From the NCBI GenBank assembly GCA_963746075.1, contig CAVUZY010000007.1, forward strand, positions 143,338-207,337: DNA of 64,000 nucleotides, in the 5' to 3' direction. The stretch's first letter is position 1; the number at the start of each line of letters is the position of its first letter. The notes beneath the pieces are model-generated. The model was given only the letters and a program-made list of their open reading frames with translations. It was not told the DNA's origin and did no database searches. The position numbers and the translations under genes are program-made. Below, in pieces: positions 44,828 to 53,141 of the stretch. Origin of the DNA: an uncultured Chloroflexia bacterium. GTDB lineage: Bacteria; Chloroflexota; Limnocylindria; Limnocylindrales; CSP1-4.

Positions 44828-45636
44828 ATGGAACGTGACCTCGAGGGTGGGAGCGACGTCGGTCGCGATGAGCTCCACGACCTCGCCGACGACGCGCCGG
44901 GGATCCTGCGCGACACCGCGCCGGACGTGCTTGCTCCGATCGACCTCTCCTCGCCGGTGTCGGGCCACGTTCCGCCGGGCGAATCGAGCGGCCACTCGAT
45001 CGCCGGAGTCGCCCGAGCACGATTGGGCGGCCGCGTCGCCGCTCCTGATCCCCCTCCTGCGACCGAGCGGGACGCAGGGCATGGCGGTCACCGAGATCGA
45101 TCCGACCGCTCTCGCGGCGGACGGCGGCCGAAATCACTCGCAGCCACTGCTCGACGAGGGGCCGTGCGACCTGTCGGTCGTGTACGCGATCCCGGCCACC
45201 GGCTTCGACGTGATCGTCAACGGCGATCACCTCGTGTCGTGGGGGGTGTCGGTCGCCGACATCCAGGACGCGGCCCTCCGCAATCTGGCGGCCTGGTCGG
45301 CCGCGGCGGCGTGGACCGACGAGGTCTCCGGGCGAGCGACGGCTGATCTCGTCGGACACCGGCGACGGCTGGGACGCATCGCGGATCCTCCTCACCGAGG
45401 TCCGCGACAAGCTCACCGCGGAGCTTGGCGGCGCCGGCCGGGTCCTCGTCGGCCTGCCCGAGCGGCACCTGTTGGTCGCGGGCGCCCTGCGACCCGGCGA
45501 TGACGAGTTCGCGGCGCTGTTCGCCGAGTTCGTCATCGAGAGCTCCGGCGGCGCGGACGAGCCAGTCGACCGCCGGGTCTTCGAGCTCGTGGACGGGCGC
45601 CTCGTCGAGTTCAGCGGCCTGCCCACGCCCGCCTGA
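44828..45636 (+). pseudogene. Hypothetical protein (DUF1444/UPF0354-like by recollection); two frame changes as assembled
   Basis: High-GC3 reading moves from the ATG 44828 frame (MERDLEGGSDVGRDELHDL...) to PEHDWAAASPLLIPLLRPSG..DEVSG near 45010. Near 45330 it moves to ERRLISSDTGDGWDASRILLTEVRDKL...LVEFSGLPTPA-stop (TGA 45634-45636). Confidence 0.45.
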
Positions 45637-45646
45637 GCGTTCGAAC

Positions 45647-46423
45647 GTGCCGGATCTCCGCCTCGAGGTCGTCGACGCGGTCGCGACGATCACGCTCGAT
45701 CGGCCCGACGCGCTCAACGCCCTGACCGTCCCGCTCAAGCACGAGCTCCTCGCGGCACTCGACCAGGTCGCCGGTGACCGCGCGATCCGGGCGATCGTCC
45801 TGACCGGCGCCGGCCGGGCGTTCTGCGCCGGCCAGGACCTGCGCGAACGGCTCGAGCCGGACGCGGCGCCGCTCGCCGAAGAGATTCGCCTCCGCTACAA
45901 CCCGCTGATCCGGGCGATGGTCGGGCTCGACAAGCCGATCGTCGGCGCGATCAACGGGATCGCCGCCGGTGCGGGAGCATCCCTGGCATTCGCTTGCGAC
46001 GTCCGGATCGCAGCCGAGGGGGCGTCGTTCCTCCTGGCGTTCGGGCGGGTCGGGCTCGTGCCGGATTCGGGGGCGACGTGGCTCCTGCCGCGGCTCATCG
46101 GCGGCGCGAAGGCCGCCGAGCTGGCGCTGACCGGCGAGCCGTTGACCGCGCCGGACGCCGAGCGGCTCGGCCTCGTCGCGCGGGTCGTCCCGGCCGACCA
46201 GGTCGTTGCCGAGGCGCAGGCGCTGGCGTCCCGCCTCGCGGCCGGCGCGCCGAGGGCGATCGCGCTCACGAAGCAGGCCCTGCGCGCCACGTGGGACGCG
46301 ACCCTCGAGGAGCAGCTCGAGACCGAGGCCATCCTCCAGGGCGAAGCGGGCGCGACCGCCGATCACGCCGAGGGGATCGCCGCCTTCATCGAGCGCCGGC
46401 CGCCGCGGTTCAGCGGAGAGTAA
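45647..46423 (+). CDS. Enoyl-CoA hydratase/isomerase (crotonase) family
   Basis: GTG 45647. LTGAGRAFCAGQDL, GIAAGAGASLAFACD and FGRVGLVPDSGATWLLPR. The N-terminal part of ORF 45425 is a spurious extension. Confidence 0.9.
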   Translation: MPDLRLEVVDAVATITLDRPDALNALTVPLKHELLAALDQVAGDRAIRAIVLTGAGRAFCAGQDLRERLEPDAAPLAEEIRLRYNPLIRAMVGLDKPIVGAINGIAAGAGASLAFACDVRIAAEGASFLLAFGRVGLVPDSGATWLLPRLIGGAKAAELALTGEPLTAPDAERLGLVARVVPADQVVAEAQALASRLAAGAPRAIALTKQALRATWDATLEEQLETEAILQGEAGATADHAEGIAAFIERRPPRFSGE

Positions 46424-46428
46424 CGAAG

Positions 46429-46455
46429 ACCGCGGCCGCCTCAGGCAGCCGCGGT
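46429..46455. terminator. Hairpin between convergent genes (possible bidirectional terminator)
   Basis: ACCGCGGC (46429-46436) pairs with GCCGCGGT (46448-46455), with extra inner GCC/GGC pairs. It starts 6 nt after the crotonase TAA and ends 26 nt before the hemerythrin stop. Followed by ttcgtgtgtg. Confidence 0.4.
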
Positions 46456-46480
46456 TCGTGTGTGCGGTGGCGCGCGTCGG

Positions 46481-46944
46481 TCAGCGGGTGACCGGCACGC
46501 CGAGCTCGCGCTGGGCGCTGGTCTTGCGCTGCTCCATCCGGGCGCCGAGGTCCTCGAGCTCCTGGCGATCGAAGACCTGGCGGGCCTGCCTGAACATCTC
46601 GCCCTCCTCCTCCTCGATGTGGTGCTCGATGTTCTCCTTCATGACCAGAGCCTTCGCGCCCCAGGTCTCATCGCTGACGTCGAGCGCCTCGAGCTCGCCA
46701 TCATGAGGTCGACGACGTGATGCTCCTCGTACCCCTCGAGGACGATGTCCTTGGCCTTCGGGTGAGTCTTCAGGGCGGGGTAGAAGATCTCCTCCTCGAT
46801 GACCTCGTGGATCGTCAGCTCGCCCTTGATCGTGGCGAACAGCTCCTCGCGGGTCTTGATCCCGCGCTCCGTCGTGGACTCGAGCTCGGTCAGCAGCTTC
46901 TTGACCTTGTCGTGGTCGGCCTTGAGCATCGTGATGGCATCCAT
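46481..46944 (-). pseudogene. Hemerythrin-like metal-binding domain protein; one frameshift near 46710 as assembled
   Basis: ATG 46944 after GAGGAGAG. MDAITMLKADHDKVKKLL..HEVIEEEIFYPAL..EGYEEHHVVDLM (ORF 46639..47079) continues GELEALDVSDETWGAKALVMKENIEHHIEEEEGEMF in ORF 46481..47389. Confidence 0.75.
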
Positions 46945-47163
46945 CGATCTCTCCTCGTCGCGGTGGTGGATTGAAGCCCGCGCGCGGTCGATCAGCTCGA
47001 TCCCGCCCAGCGGCTTGGGCGGCCTCCGGCCCTGACGGTCCCGATCTCGGATGGGCGACGCCCCCCGACCTCGAGCCACGGCGAGTTTCGAGTCCCGGTC
47101 GTGACGCTGGGGTATTCCAGCGGGCCGGCGACTTGCACCTGCGTTGCGGCCTACTCTTGGCGC

Positions 47164-48850
47164 GTGGATCTCCTTGGAACCGCGATCCGCCGGCCGGCCC
47201 GGCCGCAGCTGCCGCCCGCCCGCCGGCTGGCGGTGGTTGCAGCCATCGTTGCGCTGGCCCTCGCGACCGCCACCGCCGCGGTCGGCTGCTCGAGGGGCCG
47301 CCGTTGGCGATCCTGGATGCGTCGCCGGTGTACTTCGCGGCGATCGTCCTTGTCGGATCGGTCGCCGGAACCTGGCCGGCTCTGGTCACCGCGGTTGGAG
47401 CGTTCGCGATCTACGACCTGTTCTTCACCGAGCCGCGGCTGACTCTGGTCGTCGAGGATCCGCGTGAATGGCTCGACCTCGTCCTGTTCCTCGTCCTTGC
47501 GGTCATCGTGGGGCGGCTGGCCGCGCTCGGTCGCGAGCGGGCGGCGGACGCGTCGCGTCAGGCTGCCGAGGCGACCGGGCTGTTCAGCGTCGGACGGATC
47601 CTCGCGATCGCGCCCGACGTCGAGACCGCGGCGCCGCTGGTCGCAGATCGGCTGCTGGCGGCGACCGGCCTGCAGCGGGTCTGGATCGTCGCCGACCAGG
47701 GCGTCAATCCGCGGACGCTGGCCGACACGTCGCCGGACGAGCCTCTTCCTGTATCGGCGTTCGTCACCAATCTCATGCGGATGCCGGGCGACACGCCCGC
47801 CCGCTGGCAACGGGCGCATGAGCCGTCGCCGGGCGCGGTCGGGCCCGTCGCCGGTCCACGAACGGGAGGCCGCGGCGCGCTCTTCCGCGTCCGGATGATG
47901 GCCGACGGGGTCGCGGTCGGGTCCATCAAGGCGATCGGCGGTTCGGGACGCGCCGAGCCGGACCGCTCGGCGACGCGGCTGCTCGCCCTGGCCGCCGACC
48001 AGCTGGGATTGGCGATCCGACGCGATTCGCTTCGCCGCGAGGCAACGGAGGTGGAGATCGCCCGCCAGGCCGACTCGCTCAAGAGCGCCCTGCTCGATGC
48101 GGTGTCGCACGACCTGCGCACCCCGCTCGCCAGCATTCGCGTTCAGGCGGGAGCGCTGATCGACCCGGACCTGAGCCTTGACCTGGCCGGCGCCCGGAAT
48201 GCCGGCCTCGCGATCGACGCCGAGGCGCAGCGACTCGACCGTCTCGTTCGCGAGGTCCTCGACCTGAGCCGGATCGAGTCGGGGGCCCTTCGGCCCGACC
48301 TCGAGGCCATCGACGTCGGCGACGCCGTCCGACCGGTGGTCGATCGGCTGCGGCCGCTGCTCGGCGATCGCGAGATCACGATCCGCGTCGCCGACGAGCT
48401 GCCCCCGGTCGTGGCGGATGCGGTCCTGCTGGACGGGTTGCTTGCCAACCTCGTCGAGAACGTCGCCCGCCATGCGCCTGCCCCGGCCGCGATCGCACGT
48501 TGCCGCGACCTCGAACGGTGACCGCGTCGACGTCGATGATCGAGGACGCCGGGCCCGGAGTGCCCGAGGCGTCCCTCGGTCGCCTGTTCGATCGCTTCCA
48601 CCGGCTGCCGCCGCGCGGTGAGGGATCGCGGCGTGGGCTCGGGATCGGGCTGTCGATCGTGCGTGGGTTCGCGGAGGCGATGCGGGCCAGCGTCCGGGCG
48701 GAGGCGAGCCCGCTGGGCGGGCTCCGGATCGTCGTGAGCCTCGAGACGGCGGGCCCACCGGACGGCGAAGCGACAGCCAACCCGGCGACCGCACCGGCGA
48801 CCGCACCGGCGCCCGCCGGCCGCGTCGGCCGCGTCGGCCGCGGACGGTGA
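47164..48850 (+). pseudogene. KdpD-C-terminal-type sensor histidine kinase (DUF4118-like TM domain, HisKA, HATPase; no N-terminal KdpD/Usp domains); three frame changes as assembled
   Basis: TM region RRLAVVAAIVALALATATAAVG, then a shift near 47287 to LLEGPPLAILDASPVYFAAIVLVGS..FFTEPR..., H-box AVSHDLRTPLASI and LLANLVENVARHAP. Shifts near 48495 and 48530 lead to MIEDAGPGVPEASLGRLFDRFHR..GLGIGLSIV. Start uncertain. Confidence 0.75.
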
Positions 48851-49560
48851 GCGGGGCGCGGCTGCTGCTGGTCGAGGACGACGAGGCGACCCGGCGGTCC
48901 GTTGCCGCCAACCTCGCGGCGCATGGATACGGCGTGGCCGAGGCAGTCGACGGTGCGGATGCGCTCCGGCAGTGGGATGCAATGCGGCCCGACCTGATCC
49001 TGCTGGACCTCGGCCTGCCCGACGCCGACGGCGGAACCCTGATTCGGCGGGTCCGGCGCGAGGCCATGACGCCGATCCTCGTGCTCTCGGCCCGCGGTGC
49101 GGAGCGCGACAAGGTGGTGGCCCTCGATGCGGGCGCCGACGACTACCTGGCCAAGCCATTCGGCCTCGACGAGCTGCGAGCCCGGATCGCGGCCCTCCTC
49201 CGCCGGACCGGCGGTCCTGCCGCGGATGCGAGCGGCACGATCCACCACGGCACCGTCGCGATCGACGTGGCGGCCCGCGTCGTGACGGTCGGAGCGAAGG
49301 TCCTCGATCTGACGCCACGCGAGTACGAGCTCCTCAAGACGATGCTGTCGTCGCCGGGACGCGTGCTCACGAAGGGCCGGTTGCTGCGCGCCGTGTGGGG
49401 CACCGCCTACGCGGAGGAGGGCCACTACCTCCACGTCTACGTCTCGCGCCTCCGGCGGAAGCTCGCTGCCGGTGATCCGACCGGCGCCACGAACGGACTG
49501 ATCGTGGCCGAGCCGGGCGTCGGCTATCGCATCGCCGAGGACCCACGAAGCCCACGTTGA
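48847..49560 (+). CDS. OmpR/KdpE-type response regulator
   Basis: GTG 48847 overlaps the kinase TGA. LLLVEDDEATR, DLILLDLGLPDADG, KPF, and the C-terminal winged helix LTPREYELL...VYVSRLRRKL...GVGYRI. Confidence 0.9.
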   Translation: MSGARLLLVEDDEATRRSVAANLAAHGYGVAEAVDGADALRQWDAMRPDLILLDLGLPDADGGTLIRRVRREAMTPILVLSARGAERDKVVALDAGADDYLAKPFGLDELRARIAALLRRTGGPAADASGTIHHGTVAIDVAARVVTVGAKVLDLTPREYELLKTMLSSPGRVLTKGRLLRAVWGTAYAEEGHYLHVYVSRLRRKLAAGDPTGATNGLIVAEPGVGYRIAEDPRSPR

Positions 49561-49629
49561 GCGCTTGTTGAGCGGTCGGACCCGGCGGCGACCGGCCCGC
49601 CTCTTGGTCGCCCGGCCTACGGTCAAGGC

Positions 49630-49902
49630 ATGGACAACCGCGCCATCATCCACCTGCCGTTCGACCATCACGACGCCGCCCAGCCGGACGACCTTCGATC
49701 GTCGGCCCTGGTCGAGATCGACGCCGCGATCGCGCTGGTCGCCGCCCATGGCGCGCGACGAGTCCGGCTGAGCGGCTGGCCGTCGATCGACCTGGTCGCG
49801 GCCACGGGGCTGGCGCGGGCACAGGCGGCCGGCGTCGCCTTCGCCGTCGAGCGAACGGAGAACGCGGGGGTCGTGACCGTCACCGTCGGGCCCCTGGAGT
49901 GA
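49630..49902 (+). CDS. Hypothetical small protein (90 aa)
   Basis: ORF with coding-like GC3 whose TGA overlaps the GTG of the following permease (GTGA at 49899-49902). No family recognised. Confidence 0.4.
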   Translation: MDNRAIIHLPFDHHDAAQPDDLRSSALVEIDAAIALVAAHGARRVRLSGWPSIDLVAATGLARAQAAGVAFAVERTENAGVVTVTVGPLE

Positions 49903-51926
49903 ACGTCGAGGACGGCCCTTCGGGCCATCGCGCGGAGCCGCGGCCGGCAGGGCGGCGGCGGCTCCTCGTGGGACAGCACCCGGGCGATCGACGCGTCCGC
50001 CGACCGCTCGAGCGGTCGCCGTACTTCCGTCACGCCGGCCCGGGAACCGTCACCGCACGCCCCGCAGCCAGCGAGCCGTCGCGGGGTGTCGAGCGGATCG
50101 CCGCGCGGGCGCGACGGGCGTTGTTCGGCCGGCCCCTGTCGACCGACGAGGAGGCGACCGAGCGCCTGTCGAAGGTCAAGGCACTGGCCGTGTTCTCGAG
50201 CGACAACCTGTCGTCGGTGGCCTACGCGACCGAGGCGATCCTGTTCACGCTCCTGGCGGCCGGAACACAGAGCTTCTGGCTGACGATCCCGATCTCGCTG
50301 CTGATCGTTTTCGTGCTCGGGATCATCATCGTCTCCTATCGCCAGACGATCGGCGCCTACCCCGGCGGTGGCGGCAGCTACATCGTGGCCAGCCGGAATC
50401 TCGGACGGAACGCGGGCCTGACTGCCGCCGCGGCCTTGCTCGTCGACTACGTCCTGACAGTGTCGGTCAGCGTCGCGGCAGGTGTCGCCGCGATCGCGTC
50501 GGCGTTCCCGGGTCCCCTGGCCGACCTGCGGGTCGAGCTGTCGGCCGGCTTCATCCTCCTCGTGATGGTGGTCAACCTCCGCGGGATCCGTGAGAGCGGC
50601 ACCGTCTTCTCGATCCCGACCTACGTCTTCCTGGTGTCGATGCTCGCCCTGCTCGCGGTCGGGATCGGGCGGGCGATCCTCGGCGACGCGCCGCAGGTGA
50701 CCGGCGTCGTGCCACTGGTCGTCGCCCCGGAGACCCTCGGCGTCCTGCTCCTCATGCGGGCATTTGCCGACGGCTGCTCCGCAATCACGGGCGTGGAGGC
50801 CGTCTCGAACGGCGTGCCGGCCTTCCAGCGTCCGGAGTCGCCCAACGCCCGGACGACCCTCGCGGTGATGGGCGCGCTCGTCGGCGTGATGTTCATCGGG
50901 ACCTCGATCCTGGCGGGGATCAGCGGCGCGATCCCGTCGGAGCACGAGACCGTGATCAGCCAGATCGGCCGCGCAACGTTCGGGACCGGCGTCATCTACT
51001 ACGTCCTCCAGATCTCGACGATGGGCATCCTCGTCCTGGCGGCCAACACCGCGTTCGCGGACTTCCCGCGGCTCGCCTCGCTCCTCGCCCGCGACGGGTT
51101 CATGCCGGCACGCTTCTCCTTCCGCGGCGAGCGCCTGGCGTTCAACGCCGGCATCGTCGCGCTTGCCGCGCTCGCGATCGGCGTGCTGGCGGTCTTCGGC
51201 GGCCGCGTCGAGGCACTCATCCCGCTCTACGCCGTGGGTGTCTTCACCTCGATCACGCTGTCGCAGGCGGGGATGGTCGTCCACTGGCTGCGAGACCGCG
51301 GCGCCGACTGGCGACGGAGTGCCGCCGTGAACGGATTCGGAGCCGTGGCCACCGGCATCGTCACCATCGTGTTCGCCGTGGCCAAATTCGCGCTCGGCGC
51401 GTGGCTGATCGTGATCGTGATCCCCGCGCTCGTCGCCGCGATGCTCTACATCGGCCGGCAGTACGCGCGACGACGGGCCGAGACGGCCGTGCGGCCCGAG
51501 CAGGTGATCGGCCCGCCACGGCGACGCCAGCGCGTCCTGATCCCGGCGTCGGACGTCACCCGCGACGTCGTCCAGGCGGTGACCTTCGGGCGAACGATGT
51601 CCGACGACGTGAGCGCCATCCACGTCACGGACGACCGCGAACGCGCCGACGCGATCCGGGAGCGGTTCGCCCGGCAGCTGCCGGGCCTGCCGCTGATCGT
51701 GGTCGAGTCGCCGTACCGGTCGCTCGTGCGCCCGCTCGTCCGCTACCTCACGGACGCCGCCGCGGCGTCGGCCGACCAGGTGGTCATCGTGCTGCTCCCC
51801 GAGTACGTGCCGCGTCACTGGTGGGAGCGGTTCCTGTACAACGACAACGCCCGGCGGATCCAGCAGTCCCTGCTCGGCCGGTCGAACATCCTCGTCGCCG
51901 CCGTTCCGTATCGCCGCGACGTGTAG
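49899..51926 (+). CDS. APC-superfamily permease with ~180-aa C-terminal cytoplasmic domain
   Basis: 675-aa ORF. KALAVFSSDNLSSVAYATE entry motif, ~12 TM helices, then RVLIPASDV...IHVTDD...LIVVESPYRSLVRPLVRYL...VVIVLLPEYVPRHWWERFLYN, a conserved soluble tail. True start may be internal. Confidence 0.8.
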   Translation: MNVEDGPSGHRAEPRPAGRRRLLVGQHPGDRRVRRPLERSPYFRHAGPGTVTARPAASEPSRGVERIAARARRALFGRPLSTDEEATERLSKVKALAVFSSDNLSSVAYATEAILFTLLAAGTQSFWLTIPISLLIVFVLGIIIVSYRQTIGAYPGGGGSYIVASRNLGRNAGLTAAAALLVDYVLTVSVSVAAGVAAIASAFPGPLADLRVELSAGFILLVMVVNLRGIRESGTVFSIPTYVFLVSMLALLAVGIGRAILGDAPQVTGVVPLVVAPETLGVLLLMRAFADGCSAITGVEAVSNGVPAFQRPESPNARTTLAVMGALVGVMFIGTSILAGISGAIPSEHETVISQIGRATFGTGVIYYVLQISTMGILVLAANTAFADFPRLASLLARDGFMPARFSFRGERLAFNAGIVALAALAIGVLAVFGGRVEALIPLYAVGVFTSITLSQAGMVVHWLRDRGADWRRSAAVNGFGAVATGIVTIVFAVAKFALGAWLIVIVIPALVAAMLYIGRQYARRRAETAVRPEQVIGPPRRRQRVLIPASDVTRDVVQAVTFGRTMSDDVSAIHVTDDRERADAIRERFARQLPGLPLIVVESPYRSLVRPLVRYLTDAAAASADQVVIVLLPEYVPRHWWERFLYNDNARRIQQSLLGRSNILVAAVPYRRDV

Positions 51927-51945
51927 GCCCGCCGGCGATGCCGCG

Positions 51946-52326
51946 CTAGCGGACGAGCTGGTCGAAGAGGTGCTCGAGCTCGACGGCCGGGTCGTCGCAC
52001 AGCCCGGTGTGGACCTCCGACGCCTGGATGACGGTCGACGACGGAGCCACGAGCCAGTGGAACCGCTCGCCCTGTCCGAGCTGGGCGATCGGGCCGGCGG
52101 ACGGATCGCCGGTTGCGATCCGCTCGATCGCCGCCAGGTGCGTCTCGATCGTGAGCGGGTCGACCCCGGGGGCGAGGGCGGCGAGCCGGCCGTGGTCCAG
52201 CCCGACCTTCGCCGCAAGAAACCGGCGCGGCCGGCAGAGAAGCACGACGCCCGCGTTCAGGGCTTCGCCGCGCTCGACCCGCGGGACGACCCGGACGATC
52301 GCGTACTGGAACGGGTGGTCGGCCAT
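51946..52326 (-). CDS. DUF3037-like protein
   Basis: From ATG 52326: MADHPFQYAIVRVVPRVERGEALNAGVVLLCRPRRFL matches my recollection of the DUF3037 N-terminal pattern (Y..lr..P...rgE..N.GvvL). The start overlaps the upstream stop by 1 nt (TGATG). Confidence 0.6.
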   Translation of the reverse strand: MADHPFQYAIVRVVPRVERGEALNAGVVLLCRPRRFLAAKVGLDHGRLAALAPGVDPLTIETHLAAIERIATGDPSAGPIAQLGQGERFHWLVAPSSTVIQASEVHTGLCDDPAVELEHLFDQLVR

Positions 52327-53141
52327 CACGCGGCCGCCGCGACGCGCAGCTGCTCGACCGGCGCGACGAACGGCCGCGGCGCCTCGAGGCGCCTCGTGAG
52401 GTAGGCCACGTACGCCCGCCGCTGGGCGGCCGCGTCGCCGATGACCGGATCCGGGGCAAGCCAGTCGTCGGGGATCGCGGCAACGAGATCTTCGAGCAGC
52501 TCGGTCGTGACCAGCGGCGCGAGCCGCTCGTCGGCGGCGGCGATCGACGAGGCCACCGGCAGCAGGACGTGGTCGGCCAGGCGCTCGACGTGCGGCCGGC
52601 GGGCGTGAGCGTCGGGGTCGCGCCAGGCGTGGTGGATGTAGAGCGCGGCGCCGTGATCGATCAGCCACGGCCGGCCATGCCAGACGAGCAGGTTCGGATT
52701 CCGCGGCGAGCGATCGGGGTTCGTGACGAGGCCGTCGAGCCAGACCACCGCGGCGGCCCAGTCCGGGTCCGGCGTCCGATCGACGACAGCGTTGAAGGTC
52801 ATCGAGCCCGGCAGGAAGTCCAAACCGATGTTTCGTCCGACCGACGCCCGGAGCAGGTCACGGATCTCCTCGTCGGGCTCCGAATCGGCGAGGCCGGCTG
52901 CCAGGTCGACCGCCACGAGCTCGGGCACGAGCAGCCCGAGCGCGCGGGCGATCTCGCCGGCGAGCCACTCCGCGACGAGGACGCGCGGGCCCTGACCTGC
53001 GCCGCGGAACTTGACGACGTACAGCCCGTCGTCGTCGGCCTCGACCAGCCCCGGCAGGGAGCCGCCCTCGCGGAACGCGGTCACATAGCGCGTGGCGCGG
53101 ACGATGCGCATCCTCGGTGGCGCGACCGCGTCGACGCTCAC
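52326..53141 (-). CDS. PI3K/PI4K- and HipA-like protein-kinase-fold protein (271 aa)
   Basis: LYVVKFRG (VxK), AEWLAGEIARALG (helix-C Glu), catalytic loop TNPDRSPRNPNLLV (DRxxxN) and WLIDHGAAL (DxG). GTG start overlaps the TGA of the upstream glycosyltransferase (GTGA 53138-53141). Confidence 0.6.
   Translation of the reverse strand: MSVDAVAPPRMRIVRATRYVTAFREGGSLPGLVEADDDGLYVVKFRGAGQGPRVLVAEWLAGEIARALGLLVPELVAVDLAAGLADSEPDEEIRDLLRASVGRNIGLDFLPGSMTFNAVVDRTPDPDWAAAVVWLDGLVTNPDRSPRNPNLLVWHGRPWLIDHGAALYIHHAWRDPDAHARRPHVERLADHVLLPVASSIAAADERLAPLVTTELLEDLVAAIPDDWLAPDPVIGDAAAQRRAYVAYLTRRLEAPRPFVAPVEQLRVAAAA

Noticed and set aside
2480-48850. Programmed ribosomal frameshifting or transcriptional slippage as the explanation for the many frame changes.
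   Set aside because: The junction sequences I could inspect (for example accgggcttgatcg, gacggccggcgcc, gccgcgtgtcgct, gaggtacaacctc, acgcttgacggcc) share no slippery heptamer or common motif. Both +1 and -1 directions occur, often several per gene.
48760-48850. Short direct repeats (cggcgaccgcac x2, ggccgcgtc x2) at the 3' end of the KdpD-like kinase.
   Set aside because: They encode a low-complexity Ala/Pro/Thr then Gly/Arg/Val tail (ATAPATAPAPAGRVGRVGRGR) within the coding frame. This is ordinary coding low complexity rather than a regulatory or mobile repeat.
49668-52217. Very long ORFs antisense or out of frame to the genes called here. Examples: 49668..52217 minus (849 aa), 7135..9090 plus, 8778..10517 plus, 18794..20857 plus, 35353..37686 plus, 38107..40320 plus, 60132..62501 minus, 55068..56264 minus.
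   Set aside because: Their translations are dominated by Arg/Pro/Gly/Asp/His runs with no motifs. They mirror well-supported genes on the other strand. In 72% GC DNA stop codons are rare, so shadow ORFs of this length are expected.
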